Source: Vibrio cholerae ATCC 14035
GTDB taxonomy: Bacteria > Pseudomonadota > Gammaproteobacteria > Enterobacterales > Vibrionaceae
Assembly: GCF_000621645.1 (NCBI RefSeq)
Contig: NZ_JHXR01000002.1
Coordinates: forward strand, 180,001 to 212,000
Length of the DNA stretch: 32,000 nt
Reading direction: 5' to 3'
Positions within the stretch are counted from its first letter, which is position 1. Each line of letters opens with the position of its first letter. This document shows, piece after piece, positions 27,391-32,000 of this stretch. The notes beneath the pieces are model-generated. The model saw nothing but the letters and a program-made list of their open reading frames with translations, was not told the origin of the DNA and ran no database searches. The position numbers and the translations under genes were made by a program.

Positions 27391-28611
27391 TTACGTCCGC
27401 GTCTTTCCCTGAAACTGCTTAACGCTCTTTTTATTCTGTGTGCGACGGTTGGCCTGTTTATCACGCGGAGCACGTTTGCTTTCACCGGTCGATGGCTGAT
27501 CGGTAACCGGGAAACCATCTAGATTCTGCACAGGTAATTGACGTTGGGTTAGGGTACGAATCGCATTCAGTGCATCCATTTCTCCGTGACACACTAACGA
27601 GAGCGCAATGCCTTGCTGCCCCGCTCTGGCGGTGCGGCCTACACGGTGCACGTACGTTTCTGCGTGCATCGGCAACTCAAAGTTAATCACAACGGGAAGC
27701 TGCTCAATATGAATGCCGCGAGCGAGCAGATCGGTGGCAATCAACACTTGGGTTGAGCCGTTTTTAAATTCTGCCAGTGCCGCTTCACGTTCCGATTGGC
27801 TTTTATCACCATGCAGCGCAGTGGCCACTATGCCCGCTTTGTTGAGTTTTTTAGTCAAACTATCGGCATTCTCTTTTGCGCCGATAAACACCAGCACTTG
27901 CGGCCATTGGTGCTGCTTTAAAAGGGCTACCAAGGCTTGCGTTTTACTGCCTTTGTTCACCAAATACAACGTTTCTTGCACTGCTTGGTTGATGCTGTTT
28001 TCAGGATTAGCAGAGACTTGGGTTGGCACACGCATCAATTGCTGCGTTTTAAGTTTCAAATCATCAGAGAAGGTCGCAGAACACATCACGGTTTGGCGCA
28101 CACCGGCGGTTTGGCTTGCTAACGCTTGCACTTGCGGCCAAAAGCCCATGTCGAGCAGACGATCGGCTTCGTCTAACACCAACGTCGTTACGCGGTTCAA
28201 CCTCAATCCACTTTGGGTTAAATCGAACAAACGCCCCGTGGTTGCCACCAGAATATTCGGGTTCTCAGCCAGCGCATTTTGCTGCTCAGTCTTATCTACC
28301 CCACCGCACAAGCAGAGCGTGTTCAGTCCTAACGGCGTACCAACCTGAGTGAGCACTTCGCTCACTTGCATGGCTAATTCACGCGTGGGTACCAACACTA
28401 AGGCTTGCTGCTCAGGGCTAGTTTTTAAACGTTCAAGCAGAGGCAGACCGTAAGCCAAGGTTTTACCACTTCCCGTATTCGCCAACGCCAACACATCTTT
28501 GCCCGTTAACATGGCTGGGATCACCAAAGTTTGAATAGCGGTGGGCTCGGTGATCGCTTTAGGCAGAGCTTGGATTAGATCGGCGCTTAACGCGAGAGAA
28601 GAAAATGACAT
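27391..28611 (-). CDS. DEAD-box ATP-dependent RNA helicase (RhlE-like) with a basic C-terminal tail
   Basis: Q-motif (PTAIQ), motif I ANTGSGKT, motif II VLDEAD, motif III SAT, motif VI HRVGRTARAG, and a Lys/Arg-rich tail. I chose the start at 28611 (MSFSSLALSADL...), which matches the usual helicase N-terminus, rather than 28677. Confidence 0.9.
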   Translation of the reverse strand: MSFSSLALSADLIQALPKAITEPTAIQTLVIPAMLTGKDVLALANTGSGKTLAYGLPLLERLKTSPEQQALVLVPTRELAMQVSEVLTQVGTPLGLNTLCLCGGVDKTEQQNALAENPNILVATTGRLFDLTQSGLRLNRVTTLVLDEADRLLDMGFWPQVQALASQTAGVRQTVMCSATFSDDLKLKTQQLMRVPTQVSANPENSINQAVQETLYLVNKGSKTQALVALLKQHQWPQVLVFIGAKENADSLTKKLNKAGIVATALHGDKSQSEREAALAEFKNGSTQVLIATDLLARGIHIEQLPVVINFELPMHAETYVHRVGRTARAGQQGIALSLVCHGEMDALNAIRTLTQRQLPVQNLDGFPVTDQPSTGESKRAPRDKQANRRTQNKKSVKQFQGKTRT

Positions 28612-28768
28612 GGGTTGGATACCTGAATATTCAAAAAACAATGTGGGGCGAATTATCGCAGGCGTGGACTTTATCACAAGCCGATTTACAAGATATGGCT
28701 CTTTTCACTGTAACCTAGGCATCAACAGAACCTTTAGATTTTCTTCTCTCTTTTTACGGATCTCACTA

Positions 28769-29695
28769 CTATTGGTTTCCTAAGCGCAACGCACACTGCT
28801 CAATCAAAAAGTCGATAAACAATCGCAGGCGTTTGGGCTGGTATTGGCGGCTGAGATAAAGCACATTCAAATCCGCCCCTGAAGCAGAAGTGGAGGCGTT
28901 AAAATTCTTCATGTAACCATCGAGAACAGTGACCAACCGCTGCTGATTGAGATCGTCCTGCACATCGAGGATCGATTTCAACGCGATCCCCATTCCCGCT
29001 AAAGCCCACTGGCGAATCACTTCCCCATCATCCGCAAAACTCTTGGGTACTATCGTGATCACCTTGTGCTGCTCATTCTCTTGGAAGTGCCAGGTTTTCA
29101 TCTCTTCATTGCTGCGAACCATGGCCAAACAGTCGTGTTGAACGAGATCTTGTGGAGTTTTCGGTGTGCCTTTACGCGCTAAATAAGCCGGAGAAGCGCA
29201 CAACACTCGGCGACTCGGCGCCAGCTTGCGTGAAATTAGACTGCTGTCGGCCAGTTCACCGTAGCGGATCACCACACCCAAACCTGATTCCGCCAAATTC
29301 GAGATGTTGTCATTGAGGTAGAGATAGGGCACCACTTCCGGATATTGCTCAGTGAAAGCGGCAAGAATCGGAGCGATATGTTGCTTCCCGATGTCACGCG
29401 GAGCAGAGACTTTTAGCGTTCCCCGGACTTCTTTGCTGCCTGTTTGCAGCAAATTTTCTGTCTCGCGCACGCTATTCAGAATCTCAAGGCAAGCTTGATG
29501 ATACAAAACGCCAGATTCGGTTAAGGAGAGATGGCGAGTGCTGCGATTGAGCAATTTGACTCCATAGCGATCTTCCAGCGCTTGTAGCCTTGCCGTTACT
29601 GTTGCGGGCGATAAACTCAACTCTCGGCCAGCGGCCGCCAAACCTTGGTTTTTGACTATGCTGGCAAATAACACCATATCTGCAAACTTATCCAT
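28769..29695 (-). CDS. LysR-family transcriptional regulator, divergent from grxB-nemA
   Basis: wHTH region FASIVKNQGLAAAGRELSLSPATVTARLQALEDRYGVKLLNRSTRHLSLTESG plus a LysR effector domain. SD gggagg. Confidence 0.9.
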   Translation of the reverse strand: MDKFADMVLFASIVKNQGLAAAGRELSLSPATVTARLQALEDRYGVKLLNRSTRHLSLTESGVLYHQACLEILNSVRETENLLQTGSKEVRGTLKVSAPRDIGKQHIAPILAAFTEQYPEVVPYLYLNDNISNLAESGLGVVIRYGELADSSLISRKLAPSRRVLCASPAYLARKGTPKTPQDLVQHDCLAMVRSNEEMKTWHFQENEQHKVITIVPKSFADDGEVIRQWALAGMGIALKSILDVQDDLNQQRLVTVLDGYMKNFNASTSASGADLNVLYLSRQYQPKRLRLFIDFLIEQCALRLGNQ

Positions 29696-29715
29696 AACAC
29701 CTCCCTAAACTCTGA

Positions 29716-29728
29716 TTATTCAATATAA
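29716..29728. promoter_or_regulatory. T-N11-A LysR-type box with dyad arms (TTAT-N5-ATAA)
   Basis: The sequence ttattcaatataa lies 20 bp upstream of the LysR ATG and 88 bp upstream of the grxB ATG. The surrounding region is AT-rich, so a chance match is quite possible. Confidence 0.3.
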
Positions 29729-29815
29729 CCGAACAATCAATTCAGTTTCTCGCCAATTATCAATTTTTATATGAGAAATATACTGCCTCAATCTCAACTG
29801 GATTAGGAAATCACC

Positions 29816-30472
29816 ATGAAACTCTATATTTATGAACACTGTCCTTTCAGTGCACGCGTGCGCTACGTGGCAGGTATGTTGAACATTCCACTTGATGTGA
29901 TCACCCTTGATTACGACGACGATCAAACCACCAATGAGCTCATTGGTAGCAAACAAGTGCCTTTGCTGATCAAAGAAAGTGGCGAAGCACTGGCAGAAAG
30001 TCTCGACATCATTCAATTCTTGCTCGAATCGGTGAACTCAAGTGAAACCGCACAACCTGCACAAGCCACGTTGGATTGGCAGCGCAGCGCATTCTTGCCT
30101 TTGCAAAAAATCGGCTATCCACGCTGGTCGAACATGAATTTACCTGAGTTTAAAACCGCATCCGCTCAACAAGCATGGCGTGTAAAAAAAGAGACCACTG
30201 AACTTCATTTTGAATCCCTACTGAAAGACACGCCGCAAATTGCCCTGCAAGTGCAAGCCAGTATTGATGCGGTTAAACCGCTGCTAAAACTTCATTCCTA
30301 TCAGCACGTTGCTCTTATTGATGAAGCGATCATTTTCTCAATCCTACGAGGGTTTTTCAGCGCGCCTGAGATCCAATGGGACAGCGAAGTCAGAGATTGG
30401 ATGGTATCGGTCAGCCAGAAAACCCAAGTCCGCTTGTTGCAAGAACCGTTGCAAATCACATCGCAGAAATAA
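29816..30472 (+). CDS. grxB: Glutaredoxin-2-like protein (GST fold) with a monothiol CPFS active site
   Basis: MKLYIYEHCPFSARVRYVAGMLNIPLDV...GSKQVPLLIKE...ESLDII is collinear with E. coli Grx2 (MKLYIYDHCPYCLKARMIFGLKNIPVEL...GQKQVPILQKD...ESMDIV). The length is similar (218 vs ~215 aa). Confidence 0.8.
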   Translation: MKLYIYEHCPFSARVRYVAGMLNIPLDVITLDYDDDQTTNELIGSKQVPLLIKESGEALAESLDIIQFLLESVNSSETAQPAQATLDWQRSAFLPLQKIGYPRWSNMNLPEFKTASAQQAWRVKKETTELHFESLLKDTPQIALQVQASIDAVKPLLKLHSYQHVALIDEAIIFSILRGFFSAPEIQWDSEVRDWMVSVSQKTQVRLLQEPLQITSQK

Positions 30473-30481
30473 GGAGGCAAA

Positions 30482-31585
30482 ATGAGCAGATTATTTGAAC
30501 CAACCGATTTAAAACAACTCACGCTGCAAAACCGTGTGGTGATGGCACCGATGACTCGTGCACGCAGTAGCCAACCGGGGAATATTCCCAATCCAATGAT
30601 GGCAACCTATTACCAACAGCGCGCCAGTGCAGGGTTAATCATTTCCGAAGCGACCCAGATCTCCGATGATGCGCAAGGCTATTCATTCACTCCCGGCGTT
30701 TATACCGATGAGCAAGTTTCAGGTTGGAAAAGCGTAACTCAAGCGGTCAAACAACAAGGTGCAGCGATGTTTTGCCAACTTTGGCATGTCGGGCGTGTTT
30801 CCCACCCTGTTTTTCAAAAAGGGCAGTTGCCGATTGCCCCGTCAGCCCTCAAACCGGTTGAAACTCAAGTTTGGATCGCCGATGAACAAGGTAATGGCCA
30901 GATGGTGGATTGCGTTGAACCCCGCGCTATGACTCAAGCCGATATCGATCGTGTGGTGAACGACTTCGCTCAGGCGGCGAAATGTGCCATTGAAGCAGGA
31001 TTTGATGGTGTAGAAATCCACGGTGGGAATGGTTATCTCATCGATCAGTTTTTGCGTACCAACTCGAATCATCGTACCGATAGTTATGGAGGGAGTCGGG
31101 AAAATCGGATGCGATTTTTGCTCGAAGTGGTGGATGCGGTCAGTCAAGCGATTGGTGCCAGCCGAGTAGGCGTTCGCTTAGCGCCGTTTATTACTTTCAA
31201 AGACATGGACTGCCCCGACATAGTGCCAACAATTTTGGAGGCATCGAAGCAGTTGCAAGAACGAGATATTGCGTATCTGCACTTATCAGAAGCGGATTGG
31301 GATGATGCTCCTACCATTCCAGAAAGCTTTCGCATTGAACTACGCGAGCATTTCACTAACGCGATTATTGTCGCTGGTCGCTACACCCTTGAGCGCGCGG
31401 AAGAGGTGCTACAAAAAAGCTATGCCGATTTAGTCGCATTCGGGCGTCCTTTTGTCGCCAACCCCGATCTGGTTTCTCGCCTCAAGCACCAGCAACCGCT
31501 GGCGCAACTGGATGGTAAAACCCTGTTTGGTGGCGGTGAGCAAGGCTATACCGATTACCCCAGAATCCCTGAACAGCCAATCTAG
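30482..31585 (+). CDS. nemA: Old-Yellow-Enzyme family NADH:flavin oxidoreductase (N-ethylmaleimide reductase-like)
   Basis: It is collinear with E. coli NemA (MAPMTRARS, QRASAGLIISEATQIS, LWHVGRVSH, HGGNGYLIDQFL..NHRTDSYGGS, FGRPFVANPDLV, GGGEQGYTDYP). Strong SD aaggagg. Its ATG lies 9 nt after the grxB stop. Confidence 0.88.
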   Translation: MSRLFEPTDLKQLTLQNRVVMAPMTRARSSQPGNIPNPMMATYYQQRASAGLIISEATQISDDAQGYSFTPGVYTDEQVSGWKSVTQAVKQQGAAMFCQLWHVGRVSHPVFQKGQLPIAPSALKPVETQVWIADEQGNGQMVDCVEPRAMTQADIDRVVNDFAQAAKCAIEAGFDGVEIHGGNGYLIDQFLRTNSNHRTDSYGGSRENRMRFLLEVVDAVSQAIGASRVGVRLAPFITFKDMDCPDIVPTILEASKQLQERDIAYLHLSEADWDDAPTIPESFRIELREHFTNAIIVAGRYTLERAEEVLQKSYADLVAFGRPFVANPDLVSRLKHQQPLAQLDGKTLFGGGEQGYTDYPRIPEQPI

Positions 31586-31663
31586 CCCGATCGGATTTGC
31601 TCAATCCTCGTCACTTTACGCCGCTATTTGGCCTAGCGAAGTAAAGTGACGCAGGGATACTTT

Positions 31664-31694
31664 AAAGGGAGAGTCCCTCATCTCCCTTTGTTTT
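31664..31694 (+). terminator. Rho-independent terminator downstream of nemA
   Basis: The sequence aaagggaga-gtccctca-tctcccttt forms a 9-bp stem, followed by gtttt. A second imperfect hairpin (tcactttacgccgcta...tagcgaagtaaagtga) lies at 31611-31649. Confidence 0.65.
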
Positions 31695-31705
31695 GCTGAT
31701 TAACC

Positions 31706-32000
31706 TTACGCTTGTTTTGGCAAGAACAACTCAGCCAACATACAGCGCACACTGCCACCGCCGATGGTTTCTATAGTCGGTACGGCGAAAGGCAGCAACT
31801 TACCGTGAGTGGCAAGTTGATTGAGTTGAGCGGATGTAAAAGCTTCATAAGCCGATTGCGACATCGCGATCACTTTCTGGCCGTCAGCGGTTTCGAGTTG
31901 CAGGATATTGCCGCAGAAGTGGTTCATCTGCTCAATCGAAATCGAAATTACCTGTTTATCTTTAGCCAGCGACTTTACGACAAATCGGCGCTCATATTCG
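31706..32000 (-). CDS. Amidinotransferase-superfamily protein (arginine deiminase-related / CtlX-like), C-terminal part; 5' end outside the window
   Basis: The reading frame stays open upstream of the ORF-track ATG to the window edge (EYERRFVVKSLAKDKQVISISIEQMNHF...). The C-terminal motif IGGGSVRCMLAELF is typical of the guanidino-group-modifying enzyme fold. Confidence 0.6.
   Translation of the reverse strand, partial: EYERRFVVKSLAKDKQVISISIEQMNHFCGNILQLETADGQKVIAMSQSAYEAFTSAQLNQLATHGKLLPFAVPTIETIGGGSVRCMLAELFLPKQA

Noticed and set aside
27713-28348. 211-aa ORF antisense to the DEAD-box helicase.
   Set aside because: It is a shadow ORF within a gene that carries every DEAD-box motif. The product is Ser/Ala/Cys-rich and low in complexity.
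31926-31947. Short tandem aatcga-aatcga-aat repeat.
   Set aside because: Only about 2.5 units lie inside the open reading frame of the amidinotransferase-family gene (encoding ISISI). I see no evidence of a phase-variable tract or microsatellite.

Overview
This window reads as an ordinary, densely coding Vibrio-type core-chromosome region. From memory, the gene order (pirin, ppnP, three MCPs, lldP-lldD-dld, ppsR/ppsA, DEAD-box helicase, LysR/grxB/nemA) and the ERIC-like repeats resemble the Vibrio cholerae small chromosome. I cannot verify that without a database search.

I support 24 protein-coding genes, two of them cut by the window edges. They fall into these groups:
- Chemotaxis: three methyl-accepting chemotaxis proteins, one of them an Aer-type PAS receptor.
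- Lactate and gluconeogenesis: a LysR-controlled lactate operon (lldP, lldD and a large FAD/Fe-S D-lactate-dehydrogenase-like gene), next to divergent ppsR/ppsA.
- Proteolysis and transport: a LonC-like protease, a twin-NBD ABC ATPase with no permease in the window, and MFS and MATE exporters.
- RNA metabolism and electrophile handling: a DEAD-box helicase, and a LysR-controlled glutaredoxin-2-like plus Old-Yellow-Enzyme pair.

I also call four copies of an ERIC/IRU-like intergenic repeat, about ten hairpin terminators and three candidate operator sites.

I found no rRNA, tRNA, CRISPR array, transposase, integrase, phage gene or recognisable defence island. I do not see a compelling undescribed system. 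The best candidate is a same-strand module of two paralogous orphan periplasmic binding proteins bracketing an MCP, with no transporter parts (10055-13227).

All calls come from reading the translations and DNA by eye. No HMM or BLAST search was run, and hairpin coordinates were derived by hand.
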